A stretch of DNA of 64,000 bases from an uncultured bacterium (GTDB lineage: Bacteria; Auribacterota; Erginobacteria; Erginobacterales; Erginobacteraceae), in assembly GCA_963822585.1 (NCBI GenBank), contig CAWGIE010000007.1, forward strand, positions 192,001 through 256,000. The letters are read 5' to 3'. The notes under the pieces were generated by a model. The model was not told the DNA's origin, ran no database searches, and was given only the letters and a program-made list of their open reading frames with translations. Positions within the stretch are counted from its first letter, which is position 1. Every line of letters begins with the position of its first letter. Shown piece by piece: positions 1 to 10,279 of this stretch. The position numbers and the translations under genes are program-made.

Positions 1-89
1 TCATAGCCGGTATAGGTCCGGGGCGTGATCAATTTCAGAAGAAGCAGCCCGGCAATGATAGCCCCGATAAGGGTAAGCTTAACCTTCAT
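1..89 (-). CDS. 5' end of a gene running off the window (signal/TM-like N-terminus)
   Basis: Manual translation MKVKLTLIGAIIAGLLLLKLITPRTYTGY..., open to the window edge. Confidence 0.4.
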   Translation of the reverse strand, partial: MKVKLTLIGAIIAGLLLLKLITPRTYTGY

Positions 90-185
90 CTCTGATGGAA
101 ATGATATGACGTTTATTTAACCCGTGAATTATAGTACATTATCCATTATATTTTTTCGGAGGAAAAATTACGGAGTAAAAATACT

Positions 186-731
186 ATGCGGGAACGTGAA
201 GAGACAATTTTATTCCGGGGCGAATGGCTCTCGATCAAGCGGGCCTCCTACCGGTCGGCGGCCGGGGAACCCGTTCACTGGGAAGTGGTGGAGAGGAGCA
301 GGTCCGAGACCGTCATCATTCTCCTGGCCCGCCTGGTCCCCTCCGGGCGGGTTGTTCTCCTGCGGCAGTTCCGGGCCGGGATCAATCGACCCGTGATCGC
401 CCTCCCCGCCGGCGTGGTCCGGCCCGGGATCGATCCCCGCGAGCAGGCTCTGAACGAACTGAGGGAAGAGACCGGTTTCACCGGAATGATCGTCGATGAA
501 AGTCCGGGGCTGAAGATCAACCCCGCCATTCTCGACTGCGATGTCATTGTTTTCCGGATGGAAATCGACGAAGCCGCGCCGGAAAATGCCGCCCCCCGCC
601 AGGAGCTGGAACCGGAGGAAGAGATCGAGGTTATCCTGGTGGAGCGGAAAAGGATACGGAAGTTCCTGGTCGAAGAACGGGAAAAGGGGACCGCGATTGA
701 CATCGCCTGCTGGTTTTGCTTTTCAGTATAA
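186..731 (+). CDS. NUDIX hydrolase (ADP-ribose pyrophosphatase-like)
   Basis: Nudix box PAG...ALNELREETG; QFR motif; EPEEEIEV tail. Confidence 0.85.
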   Translation: MREREETILFRGEWLSIKRASYRSAAGEPVHWEVVERSRSETVIILLARLVPSGRVVLLRQFRAGINRPVIALPAGVVRPGIDPREQALNELREETGFTGMIVDESPGLKINPAILDCDVIVFRMEIDEAAPENAAPRQELEPEEEIEVILVERKRIRKFLVEEREKGTAIDIACWFCFSV

Positions 732-775
732 TCAAACCGTGATAAACACGCGGATCCATATAAGGGAGATAGGCG

Positions 776-875
776 GGGAGTGACGGAGTATTGGAGTACT
801 GGAGTGATGGAGTAGCCCGGTAAGCCGTAACCGGTTGGTCCCACTATTCCAACACTCCCGTATTCCATCACTCCC
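776..875. repeat. Inverted 8-bp-period GGAGTATT arrays (also 3142-3180, 38426-38493)
   Basis: GGAGTATTGGAGTACTGGAGTGATGGAGTA ... TATTCCAACACTCCCGTATTCCATCACTCC. Confidence 0.7.
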
Positions 876-881
876 AGCTTT

Positions 882-1502
882 TTAGAAGTACACCACCAGG
901 CCGGTGCGAATCTGCTGGTGGTCGAGGTTCAGGTCCTGCCTCTCGCCGCTCCCCAGATAGTCGTCGTATCGCAGTTCCGTCCGCAGCCAGCTGTACCGGT
1001 ACTCGGCCCGGACGCCGATGTGCTCGCTGATAACGAACTCGGCCCCCGCCATCGCGAAATAAATCAGGTCGTTGGAGACGCTGAGGTCGTATACCCCGCG
1101 GGCCGCGTAATAGCTCTCAATTTCGTCGGTTGGCTGGAGACGGCAGATCGCGTAGCCCAGCCCTCCTCCCCCGAAAATATAGAAACGTCCCAGGGGAAGA
1201 CCCAGACGAAGCGCCGCCGTCAGGGGGCTGATCTGAAGGGGGGAGTCGTCGAGATCCTCGTCCTTGGTCTTGATCCAGTCGGCCCCGAACTCGACCCGGA
1301 CGGCCGGGATGAAAGAGAAGAAAAAGGTGGCGCCGCCGCCGAAGACATCGTCCAGCTTGTCCTGGCCGAACGCTCCCGCCTCCCCGTTAAAATCATAGGC
1401 GTAGATGCCGTGGGCCTCGAAACCGTATGGCTGCGCGAACGAGTAAAAACTGCCGATAAAAAACAAAGTTAAAACCAGACTTATCGAGAGTGCCAGACGC
1501 AT
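882..1502 (-). CDS. Outer-membrane beta-barrel protein (OmpW/porin-like)
   Basis: Start MRLALS after GGAGGAGG; signal peptide; GGGLGY motif; C-terminal VVYF; paralog of the neighbour. Confidence 0.75.
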   Translation of the reverse strand: MRLALSISLVLTLFFIGSFYSFAQPYGFEAHGIYAYDFNGEAGAFGQDKLDDVFGGGATFFFSFIPAVRVEFGADWIKTKDEDLDDSPLQISPLTAALRLGLPLGRFYIFGGGGLGYAICRLQPTDEIESYYAARGVYDLSVSNDLIYFAMAGAEFVISEHIGVRAEYRYSWLRTELRYDDYLGSGERQDLNLDHQQIRTGLVVYF

Positions 1503-1658
1503 GTGTAACCTCCTCCGATCTGGATTATTCCTGAATGGGTAATTCGGATTACTGATTACCTTATCGATATGGTACAGATAGTACGTCAAAAAACGAGATC
1601 TGTTCAAGACAATAACCCGGCAGGGAGAAAGTTTAAAAGCCAAACCGGCATCAAAAGT

Positions 1659-1694
1659 AAAAAAGCCCCCCGATCATGGATCGGGGGGCTTTTT
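1659..1694. terminator. Bidirectional intrinsic terminator
   Basis: AAAAAGCCCCCCGATC-atg-GATCGGGGGGCTTTTT just after the stop of 1713-2297(-). Confidence 0.8.
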
Positions 1695-1712
1695 GAAAAA
1701 CCGGGGCCGGCT

Positions 1713-2297
1713 TTAGAAGTAGACGACGAAGCCGCCACGGACTTGCATGTGGTCCATCTTCCAGTCTTCTTTGTCGCCGGTTGCCTTAGTTTTCAATTCC
1801 GGCTTCAGCCAGACATAACGGAACTCACCCCGGAAGCCGATCGTCTGCTCCGGTGTAAACATCAACTCGAAACCGCCACAGGCATGGTAGGTAAAGCTAT
1901 CTTCAAGTTCGAATAAATCATCAATATTGCTTTTGGTATCCAGGCTGTTAAAACTATAGCCTGCCCCGCCACCGGCATAAATATATGCGATGTCTCCAAT
2001 TTTAGGCCCTACCCGGAGTGTGCCGGTCACCGGGATCATCTGTACATAATCATCATCCGTGTCCTTTCCCTTGGGGCGTATATAATCGCCGCCCAGGTCC
2101 AGCTTGACGAATTCTCCCAGGCAGAAGACCAATGACGCGCCCCCGCCCCAGCCATTTTCGAGTTCAGCAAAGTCATCGCTGTAATTAAAACCGTACAGGC
2201 CGTGGAACTCGAACCCGGCCTGCGGCTGGGCCTTGGCCACGGTGCAGAGGAAAAGCACCAGGGCGGCCCCCATCAGACACGCTGTCCATTTCTTCAT
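1713..2297 (-). CDS. Outer-membrane beta-barrel protein (OmpW/porin-like)
   Basis: Signal peptide, YAGGGAGY, C-terminal VVYF. Confidence 0.8.
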   Translation of the reverse strand: MKKWTACLMGAALVLFLCTVAKAQPQAGFEFHGLYGFNYSDDFAELENGWGGGASLVFCLGEFVKLDLGGDYIRPKGKDTDDDYVQMIPVTGTLRVGPKIGDIAYIYAGGGAGYSFNSLDTKSNIDDLFELEDSFTYHACGGFELMFTPEQTIGFRGEFRYVWLKPELKTKATGDKEDWKMDHMQVRGGFVVYF

Positions 2298-2391
2298 CTC
2301 ATGCCCTCCTTTCCCGGTTGCCAGCTTTTCAGCTGGGATATCTTAGCCTAAAAAATTATAATTATTAATGCCGCCCGTCAAGATAATTCAA

Positions 2392-2988
2392 TCAAAACGC
2401 CACCCGGGGCGCTGTCTCGGCGCCGGTGGCCGCTTCAAAATATTCCTTGGGCGTGCTCAGCCCCCGCATGCCGGCCCAGAGCATTCCCGGTATTTTCCTG
2501 ATGTAGGTGTTGAAGACGCGGGCGGATTCGTTATAGCGCATCCGCTCGACCGCGATCCGGTTCTCGGTCCCTTCCAGCTGGGCCTGGAGTGTCTGAAAAT
2601 TCTCGTTGGCTTTCAGCTGGGGATAGTTTTCCACCGTGACCAGAAGACGGGAGAGCGCGGAACCCAGGCTGTCCTGGGCGGCCTGGAACTGTCCGAACGC
2701 CTGGGGATCGTTCAGCATTTCCGGGGTCACCTTGATCTGGCTCACCTTGGCCCGGGCCTCGGTCACGGCGGTGTAGGTCTCCTTCTCGAACCCCGCCACT
2801 CCCTTCACCGTCTCGACCAGGTTCGGGATCAGGTCAAACCGCCGCTGGTATTGATTCTCGACCTGGGCCCAGGCCGCGGCCACCTGCTCGTCCAGCGTTA
2901 CCACCTTATTCAGTCCGCCGACCACGATCGCGATCCCGATCAGCACGATCAAGACAATGATCACAACCGCAATAATCAATCCTTTCAT
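2392..2988 (-). CDS. lemA: LemA family protein
   Basis: QYQRRFDLIPNLVETVKG, ENYPQLKAN, LEGTENRIAVER motifs; start set at MKGL after GGAGG. Confidence 0.92.
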   Translation of the reverse strand: MKGLIIAVVIIVLIVLIGIAIVVGGLNKVVTLDEQVAAAWAQVENQYQRRFDLIPNLVETVKGVAGFEKETYTAVTEARAKVSQIKVTPEMLNDPQAFGQFQAAQDSLGSALSRLLVTVENYPQLKANENFQTLQAQLEGTENRIAVERMRYNESARVFNTYIRKIPGMLWAGMRGLSTPKEYFEAATGAETAPRVAF

Positions 2989-3034
2989 CTCAACCTCCAG
3001 ATTAGTACCTGTACTACTCAATAACTATTATTGT

Positions 3035-3230
3035 AACCACGAAGGACACGAAGATCACGAAGTAAGAAAAAAATAATAGAGTTTTATATTGGACGATAAA
3101 ATGGTGATTTTTCCACATAGCCGGGAGAAGCAGACCAAGTTCCCATTACTCCATCACTACAGTACTCCAACACTCCACTATTTCTTATATATTCGTTGTA
3201 ACCTTCGTGTCCTTCGTGTTCTTCGTGGTT
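3035..3230. repeat. Inverted pair of 9-bp-period CACGAAG arrays (also 24933-25315, 27120-27214, 32830-32893, 38026-38383)
   Basis: AACCACGAAGGACACGAAGATCACGAAG ... CTTCGTGTCCTTCGTGTTCTTCGTGGTT. Confidence 0.8.
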
Positions 3231-3245
3231 CAATCACTCTCTTTC

Positions 3246-4043
3246 TTACCATCCCCCGCTGGCGCCGCCGCCGCCGCTCATGCCGCCGCCGAAGCCGCCG
3301 CCGCCGCCGCCGAAGCCGCCGCTGAAACCGCCCGTGCCGCCGCCGGTCCAGAAGCCGCCGCTCCGGGATCCCTTACCGGAACGCCGGCCCCCCGCGCGCA
3401 AAAGCGAAAACAGAATCAACGCCAGCACCACCAGGGGAAAAATCCATCCCAGCGAAGTTTGGGAACCCTGAGAGGAGGTGGAAATCTTCTCGGGGGCGGC
3501 CGCTCCCTCAATCTCCTGGCCGGAAGCTTTGGCAATCAAGCCGATGACGGCGCGGGTCGCCTGCTCGATGCCGCCGTCAAAATCACCCCTCCGGAAAAGG
3601 GGTCGCATAATATTCCGAATAATTCCGGACGCCTGAGCATCAGTGATCGTCCCTTCCAGACCATACCCGACTTCAATCCGGGCTTGCTGGTCCTTAATAG
3701 CCACCAGGATCAGGACACCGTTGTCCTTTCCCTTGTCTCCCAGGCCGTACCGCCCGTCGGGACTTCTACCGACGTTCTGAAACAGCTTGACCGCGTACTC
3801 TTCCAGCGAAACCGGAGCGGTGGTATCAATGGTAACGACCGCGAGCGCGTCGGAGGTCTTCTTCCTGAGTTCATCGATCAGCTTGGTCAGTGATGCCTCC
3901 GTCTCGGGGGTAAGAACACCGGCGAAATCATGAACCGAGTTATACAGGGCCGGGTACTTCGGTTCCGCTCCCGCCGCCGGAAAGCCGAATAATCCAGCCG
4001 AAAGAAGTGCGACCAGAATCGTCATGTAACATCGGGTTTTCAT
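3246..4043 (-). CDS. TPM domain protein (YgcG-like)
   Basis: DNGVLILVA...RIEVGYGLEG motif, TM segment, Gly-rich tail GGGASGGW; beside lemA. Confidence 0.9.
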   Translation of the reverse strand: MKTRCYMTILVALLSAGLFGFPAAGAEPKYPALYNSVHDFAGVLTPETEASLTKLIDELRKKTSDALAVVTIDTTAPVSLEEYAVKLFQNVGRSPDGRYGLGDKGKDNGVLILVAIKDQQARIEVGYGLEGTITDAQASGIIRNIMRPLFRRGDFDGGIEQATRAVIGLIAKASGQEIEGAAAPEKISTSSQGSQTSLGWIFPLVVLALILFSLLRAGGRRSGKGSRSGGFWTGGGTGGFSGGFGGGGGGFGGGMSGGGGASGGW

Positions 4044-4789
4044 ATCGCGTCGATCGCTCTCGCCAGTTTCACAAGCTGGATGAGATACTTCTCCAAATAT
4101 ACCTCGACGTCTTCTCCCTCGATCTTTTCGTCATCCCGCCTGTCTTGCCGGATGGCCAGAAAAACTCCCTCTTCCAGATCGAACGACGCCGCCACTTTTT
4201 TAAGGATCTCCTCTTTCCTTCGGGGCGGCTCTTCGCCCCGCAAGCGGAGCACGTTCCGGAAGATCGGCATCAGGCTGGAGAGTGATCTCTTGAGGAGCGA
4301 CTCGACGCCGCCTTTCTCCAGGCCGATTTCCAGATAGGCCTGCCGGATCCGGACCAGCTTGCCCTTGACCTGCTCCTCACACTGATGGCGGAGGTTCTTG
4401 ATGTTGACCTCAATCCCGGAGAGAAAATCTTCCCCGTAGAGAAGTCGATGATTCTCTTTCATCTCCAGAAACTCCACCGGAAAAACGTCGGACGAAGTCT
4501 CAATGTAAAAACGGGTGAGAAAAAGCGGAGCGGGTATCCGGTCCCGGATCCCTTCCCGGATCAGCCGAAGGCTTTTTTTCAGGACGGGAAGATCAACCGA
4601 TTCGCAGATCAGCAACAGATTGATATCGGAGCTCTTCTCCGAATATTCTTCACCGGATGCGCTCCCGTAGACGGCCGCCGACAGGAGGTTTTCTTTCTGG
4701 ATTTCGATCATCTTCTCCAAGTAGGGCCGCACTTTCCGGGCGACCGCCTCCGGCAGTTTGTCGAGGTTGAGCAATTCTTTCATCATCAA
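4040..4789 (-). CDS. Nucleotidyltransferase-domain protein (lemA/TPM operon)
   Basis: YGSA..GEY...SDINLL Pol-beta-like motif; DVFPVEF. Confidence 0.75.
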   Translation of the reverse strand: MMMKELLNLDKLPEAVARKVRPYLEKMIEIQKENLLSAAVYGSASGEEYSEKSSDINLLLICESVDLPVLKKSLRLIREGIRDRIPAPLFLTRFYIETSSDVFPVEFLEMKENHRLLYGEDFLSGIEVNIKNLRHQCEEQVKGKLVRIRQAYLEIGLEKGGVESLLKRSLSSLMPIFRNVLRLRGEEPPRRKEEILKKVAASFDLEEGVFLAIRQDRRDDEKIEGEDVEVYLEKYLIQLVKLARAIDAI

Positions 4790-5039
4790 CGCCTCTTATA
4801 AGTTAGCTCATTTCGTTCACAACTTGGGGAATAAAGGTTGCGGTTATGCGGCTCGGATCGGTTGCGGGGAACGGTTGCGGGACCAAGCGGCCGCAAGCCA
4901 TCTCCGTTCATCGTTACGAGCGGCGCAACCGTTCAACGACCGCTGTTTTCCGAATTTATTGTCCCGATTCATTTATGCAAAAATTTTGTTCTCGGGATTC
5001 CGAATGGTTATCTATTATTTTTTCGGAGAAAAAATAATA

Positions 5040-6353
5040 TTAATCTTCTCTGGTAAGCTTCAGCTTTCGGGCCAGCCAGGGCGTCGATAAGGCCTGGACG
5101 AGCAAAGTGACGAGGATGGCCATGAAAACAATGGCCTGAACGAATTGATTGTAGATTGCGCCCCAGTTGCCCGGGAATCCGAGGGAGATTGAGGCGAGAG
5201 AGCCGGCCAAGGCAGCCGGCATGACCCCGGTCTCCCTTACCCAACTCAGGAAGAGCCGCTCCTTGGCTGTCCATCGGTTTTTCCGGTCGAGGCCGCAGAA
5301 GAAAAAAATAACCGCCGGGCGGCTGATAAAGATAAAACCGGCCAGAAGCAGCAGCCCGGGCAACAGGTAGGACTTGACCGCCGAAAAATCGATCTGGCTG
5401 CCGAGGATAACAAAGATCATCATCCGGCAGATCAGGGCCAGGTCCACGCTGAATATCTCGATTTCCGGTCCTTCCTCCCCGTCGATCCCCATCGGGAGCA
5501 GTTCCCGGCAGTTCCGCAGAAAGACGCCGGCCAGAAAGGCGGCCAGGAAACCACTCCCTCCCCACCGTTCGGAGAGGGTATACGCGCCGATCGCGATCGG
5601 GATGGTCAGGATGTCGGCGGAATTCCGCAGGAAGCCGACGTGGCGTTGGGAGACCATGAGTCCGGCCAGGATGCCGATCCCGGCTCCGACCCCGCAGCCG
5701 ATGGCCAGTTGGGTGCAAAAGCCCCCGACCGCCGAGAAAAGGCTGATGGTACCCTGCTGCAGAAAGGTCACGATGGTGATGAAGATAATGGCGCCGGTGG
5801 TATCGTTGAAGGCCGATTCGCTTTCGATCACCACTTCCAGCCGTTCCTTGAGACGGACCTGATGGAGGATCGGGATCAGGGTGGCCGGGTCGGTCGGGGC
5901 GAGGATAACCCCCAGCAGGAGGGCGGCCGCCCAGGGGAGGACCGGGAATATGAGCCGGGCGAAAGCGCCGACCAGGAAGGTGGAAAGAAGCACGCCGGCG
6001 ATCGCGAGAAGAGTTATGATCCAGGCGTAGCGCGCGATGGACTTCAGACTCAGGCCCAGGCCGCCCTGGAAGAGAATATAGGAAGCCCCGAAGGTGACGA
6101 CCATTTGATTGGCGATGGAGGACTGCCTGATCGGGACCCAGAGGGGGACCGTCGGGCTCAGGAAGACTCCGGCCAGCAGGAATAGAATGACATCGGGGAT
6201 CTTCAGCCAGATCGAAAGCTGTTCCGCGACCAGGGCCGCCGCCAGAATGATGGTTATGTCACTGAAGGCGGTCAGGATAAAGGCGCCGGTAGAGGCAGGG
6301 GCGGCCCCGGTGATGGTGTGCAACATGCCGTTAAAAAACGGGATCATATCCAT
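5040..6353 (-). CDS. Cation:proton antiporter (CPA1/NhaP family)
   Basis: Polytopic; PTDP and ESAFND motifs. Confidence 0.85.
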   Translation of the reverse strand: MDMIPFFNGMLHTITGAAPASTGAFILTAFSDITIILAAALVAEQLSIWLKIPDVILFLLAGVFLSPTVPLWVPIRQSSIANQMVVTFGASYILFQGGLGLSLKSIARYAWIITLLAIAGVLLSTFLVGAFARLIFPVLPWAAALLLGVILAPTDPATLIPILHQVRLKERLEVVIESESAFNDTTGAIIFITIVTFLQQGTISLFSAVGGFCTQLAIGCGVGAGIGILAGLMVSQRHVGFLRNSADILTIPIAIGAYTLSERWGGSGFLAAFLAGVFLRNCRELLPMGIDGEEGPEIEIFSVDLALICRMMIFVILGSQIDFSAVKSYLLPGLLLLAGFIFISRPAVIFFFCGLDRKNRWTAKERLFLSWVRETGVMPAALAGSLASISLGFPGNWGAIYNQFVQAIVFMAILVTLLVQALSTPWLARKLKLTRED

Positions 6354-6505
6354 ACTATCAGTATAACATCTTACCTTTCGTCTGGATAGAAGCTGGCCTT
6401 CACAACAATACTTATATAGTACCGCCGGGGAAAAATGAAATAAAAAACGGCTCCACCGGTTTTTTCGTGCTACATTATCCCGGCAGGCGCCTGCCGCATC
6501 CCGCC

Positions 6506-7861
6506 ATGAGCAGACAGGACAAAAACATTTGTCACAATTTCATCCCCAAACGCGTCTCCACCCTGGCGGTTCCGGTCATGCTCGGCATGATGTCCCAGGT
6601 CCTTTTAAACGTGGTCGACGCCGCCATGGTCGGCCACCTGGGGGCCTCCGCCCTGGCGGCGGTCGGACTGGGATCAATGGCCTTTCTGGTGATCGCCCTC
6701 ACCTTTGAGGCTTTGGGAACCGGCACCCAGATCCTGGTCTCCCGGCGCTGGGGGGAAAAAGACCCGGAGGCGGCCAGCGCGGTCCTCCTCAACTCCCTGG
6801 TTCTGACGTTCCCCTTCGGTCTGCTTCTGACCTCACTGGGGGTGTTGAAGGCGCTTCCATTTATCAGCTTCCTGGTCCGGGACCCGGCGGTCCTGACCAT
6901 GACCACCGATTATATAAATATCCGTTTTCTCTGCCTTTTCTTCTTCCTCGTCTTCACTTCATTTCGGGGATATTTCGACGGAGTCGGGAAGACCCGGATA
7001 CGGATGAAGTATATGATCCTGGTGGTTCTTCTCAATGTCTTTCTTAATTACCTGCTCATCTTCGGAAAATGGGGCTTTCCCCGGATGGAAGTCGCCGGCG
7101 CCGCCCTCGCCTCCACGCTCTCGGTGGTGGCGGGCTCGGTCTATATACTGGTCTGCGCGCTGCGGGACGATGTTCTCCGTCACCATCCTTTTTTCCGGCG
7201 GAATCACGTTCATTGCGAGGTCTTGAAAAAGATCATCAGCTTCTCCCTTCCCAAAGGTGGTCGAATGTTTTTCACCTTCACCTCCTTTTTAATGTTCTTG
7301 AAAATCATCGGTATGATCGGCGTGAAAGAACTGGCGGCCAGCAATATACTCTTAGCGATCCTTTCCTTTTCTTTCATGCCCGGGATGGGGATCGGAATCG
7401 CCGGCGCCACCCTGATCGGGCAGTCGCTGGGGGCCCACAAGTTCCGGGCGGCCCGGTATTTCGGCTGGGCCTCGGTACGGTTCGGTGTCCTCTTCATGGG
7501 ACTGGCCGGGGCCGGATTCATTATCTTCGCCCGGCCGATACTGGCCTTTTTTACGCCGGATAAGGCCGTTATCGGCGTGGGGATTACCCCCCTGATTATC
7601 CTGGGCGCGGTCCAGCTCTTCGACGCCGTCGGGATCGTTCTCGCCTCCTGCCTGGAAGGCGCGGGGGCGACCCCCTGGGTAATGCGGGCGGACCTGGTCA
7701 TCAACTGGCTCATCCTGCTTCCGCTGGCCTATCTTCTGGCCGTTATTCTCCACTGGGGGTTGGTCGGGGCCTGGGCCAGCATCGGGGCGGGGATGGTGAT
7801 CTACGCGCTGGTCATGGTCCTGAAGTTCAGGTCCGACAGCTGGATGAATATCCCCGCGTAA
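6506..7861 (+). CDS. MATE family efflux transporter
   Basis: VDAAMVGHLG, FGKWGFP.MEVAGAALAS, about 12 TM. Confidence 0.9.
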   Translation: MSRQDKNICHNFIPKRVSTLAVPVMLGMMSQVLLNVVDAAMVGHLGASALAAVGLGSMAFLVIALTFEALGTGTQILVSRRWGEKDPEAASAVLLNSLVLTFPFGLLLTSLGVLKALPFISFLVRDPAVLTMTTDYINIRFLCLFFFLVFTSFRGYFDGVGKTRIRMKYMILVVLLNVFLNYLLIFGKWGFPRMEVAGAALASTLSVVAGSVYILVCALRDDVLRHHPFFRRNHVHCEVLKKIISFSLPKGGRMFFTFTSFLMFLKIIGMIGVKELAASNILLAILSFSFMPGMGIGIAGATLIGQSLGAHKFRAARYFGWASVRFGVLFMGLAGAGFIIFARPILAFFTPDKAVIGVGITPLIILGAVQLFDAVGIVLASCLEGAGATPWVMRADLVINWLILLPLAYLLAVILHWGLVGAWASIGAGMVIYALVMVLKFRSDSWMNIPA

Positions 7862-8022
7862 TTTTTACATCGTGATAATTATGCCCTGAATATTAGCCGG
7901 CCTTCTTCGTCAAAGTGGGGGACAAAAGAATATTTTTGACTGTGCGCCTTCTTCGTGGCACTATTTTGATACGCGCGGCGATGAAAAACCGCGTTCAACA
8001 ATAATAAAGGGAGGAAATCTCT

Positions 8023-9162
8023 ATGAAAGCAGGGAGAATCGTATTTCCGCTGGCCTGCTTTATCTGCAGTGCCGTTCTGCCGCTCTTCGGACAGGGAGTA
8101 AACGAAGAAACGGCGGATGAACAGCCGATGCTCCGGGCGGCGATCTTCGTGCAGAACCGGGCGGGGGCGGCTTATGAGGACAAGATCGACGTCCTCAACG
8201 ACCTGATCACCGCCCGCCTGACGGAGAAAGGATTCTCCGTCCTCGACAAACAGTACGTGGCGGAACGGTTCCGGGAAGCGCGGGACCGTAACGCCGAAAT
8301 GAAGAAGACGATCGAAGCCCTGACCGGCGGGGAAGTCGACTTCACCCTCGACGACGCGCTCAAGGATGCCTCTGCCCTGCGCCTGGCCCAGATGGTCGGG
8401 GCGGATTACATTATCGTCGCCACCATTACCTCGATCGGGCATACCGAAAAGACGTTCACCGGGCAGGGCACCACTTACGGGGTCAATAATAAGGTCACCG
8501 ACTACACTGCCCGGGTGGGGCTCCGGGTCCTGGAAGCGGCCCGGGGCGGCTCCGTTTACGGAGATGTTATCAAGGCCTCCGAACGTATTCCGGAGACGGA
8601 CAATTTAAAGGTCGTCTCTTCGGACATTATCGACAACCTGCTCGACGCCGCCTCCGGCGAGATCGCCGACAACATCGGCAGACGGATGAAGCAGATCGAG
8701 ATGGCAAAAGCGGCCCAGCCCGGCGCCGTCCCTTTCAAGGTGAGCATCAACGGGGTCGAGGGCGCCACGATCGAGCTTGACGGGGCCGCGATCGGCGCCT
8801 CCGGAACGGAACCGGCTGAATTATACGCCCTGCCCGGCATTCATTCCATGAGGGTCACCCGGGAATGGTTCGATCCCTGGGAAAAGCCGGTCAATATCCA
8901 GGCCGATCAGACCCTCACCGTCGCCCTCGAACTTTCCGATGCCGGGATCGCCCGGTTTAAGGACCTGGAAGGGTTCAAGACGGCCATGGCCATCGCGAAA
9001 GAAAAGAGCGCCGCCGACGCTTATGCGAAGCGTTTGATCGCTGAGGGTGAAAAGAAGCGGCTGGAAGAAAGCTACGAAAAGATCGATACGTCAAACGTGG
9101 AGCGTCTCTCCGTGGGTGACAACACACCCCGGGTCATCGTCGAAGAAGAGGAGGCCAAGTAA
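8023..9162 (+). CDS. Secreted protein with CsgG/TolB-N-like and PEGA-like domains
   Basis: Signal peptide; GADYII motif; GATIELDG...PGIH PEGA-like segment. Confidence 0.6.
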   Translation: MKAGRIVFPLACFICSAVLPLFGQGVNEETADEQPMLRAAIFVQNRAGAAYEDKIDVLNDLITARLTEKGFSVLDKQYVAERFREARDRNAEMKKTIEALTGGEVDFTLDDALKDASALRLAQMVGADYIIVATITSIGHTEKTFTGQGTTYGVNNKVTDYTARVGLRVLEAARGGSVYGDVIKASERIPETDNLKVVSSDIIDNLLDAASGEIADNIGRRMKQIEMAKAAQPGAVPFKVSINGVEGATIELDGAAIGASGTEPAELYALPGIHSMRVTREWFDPWEKPVNIQADQTLTVALELSDAGIARFKDLEGFKTAMAIAKEKSAADAYAKRLIAEGEKKRLEESYEKIDTSNVERLSVGDNTPRVIVEEEEAK

Positions 9163-10187
9163 TGAATAAAAATCGGATGATCTGTGCAGGCGTCATCACC
9201 CTGCTCTTCACTGCCGGAGCTGTTTTCGGCCAGCTGTCGGAGGGCGCCAAGGACACCCTCTTTATCGGGTCGATGAAGATACAGCCCTCGGTCGAGCAGC
9301 TGGCGGCGCGGGAGGGGACGGCCCTCGAGCTGCAAAGAGCGGCCCAGTCCCTGGAGACCCAGTTTATCAACGCCGTCAGCGCCACCCGTGTCTTCCAGCT
9401 GGTTGACCGCAAAAGGATCGCCGATCTTCAGCTGGAGCAGTCCTTTGCCGCCGTTTCGGTGAACCCCAATGACAAGAACGCCGCCCGTGCCCTGCAGATG
9501 TCCGGCGCCCGGTACGCCTTCCTACCCGAGATCGACGGGTTCCAGGTCCGGACCGATACCGATCAATACGCGGTCGGGCGCGAGTCCGTGACCCGGAGGT
9601 ACTATCTCTCCGCCCTGGTCCAGATCGTCGACACCACCACCGGCGAGCTGCTCCCCGATGTCCCCAGCGTCGAGCTGAACGAGATCGAGACGACGGAGAT
9701 GGCTGCGATCGGCCAGGCCCAGGCGTCCGACCAGGTGATCGTGACCCTTTCCAAAAAGATGGCCAACCGCCTGAGCCAGGAGGTGATCGCGCTCCTGCGG
9801 CCCGCCAAGATCCTGACCGTGACCGGAACGCAGGTCATGATCAATCGCGGGGCGGAAGCGGGGTTTGTTCCCGGCGTTCCCGTGGAGATCTATGCCTACC
9901 AGAACGTAGTCGACCCGGATAGCGGGGAGACCTTCCGAAACGAGGTCCCGGTCGGAAAAGCCATGATCCAGCGGGGCGATAATCAAAAGAGCTTTGCCGA
10001 GCTCGTCGGAGAGGACCTGGGGGTCGTTCCGGGCTGTATCGTGAAGGCCGTCAGAGGCGCGTCCAAACCCCAGGTGATCGAACCGGCCACCTGGTCCGGT
10101 GGCAAGGAGGACGTGGGCACCGAGACCGCGCCCCGGCAGGTCAGTCCCGAAACCCCCGGATCGAGCGAGAAACCCATGGCCTGGTGA
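9162..10187 (+). CDS. CsgG/HfaB-like periplasmic protein
   Basis: FQLVDR..I..LQLEQ, IVDTTTGE, INRG..AG...VVDPDSGE. Confidence 0.7.
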   Translation: MNKNRMICAGVITLLFTAGAVFGQLSEGAKDTLFIGSMKIQPSVEQLAAREGTALELQRAAQSLETQFINAVSATRVFQLVDRKRIADLQLEQSFAAVSVNPNDKNAARALQMSGARYAFLPEIDGFQVRTDTDQYAVGRESVTRRYYLSALVQIVDTTTGELLPDVPSVELNEIETTEMAAIGQAQASDQVIVTLSKKMANRLSQEVIALLRPAKILTVTGTQVMINRGAEAGFVPGVPVEIYAYQNVVDPDSGETFRNEVPVGKAMIQRGDNQKSFAELVGEDLGVVPGCIVKAVRGASKPQVIEPATWSGGKEDVGTETAPRQVSPETPGSSEKPMAW

Positions 10188-10279
10188 TAACCCGATATTC
10201 AACGGATCGGTCGGATCGGTCGGATCGGTCGGATCGATCTGATTGGAAAACTGAAATCAGTTGCCAATAAGGAGGTACT

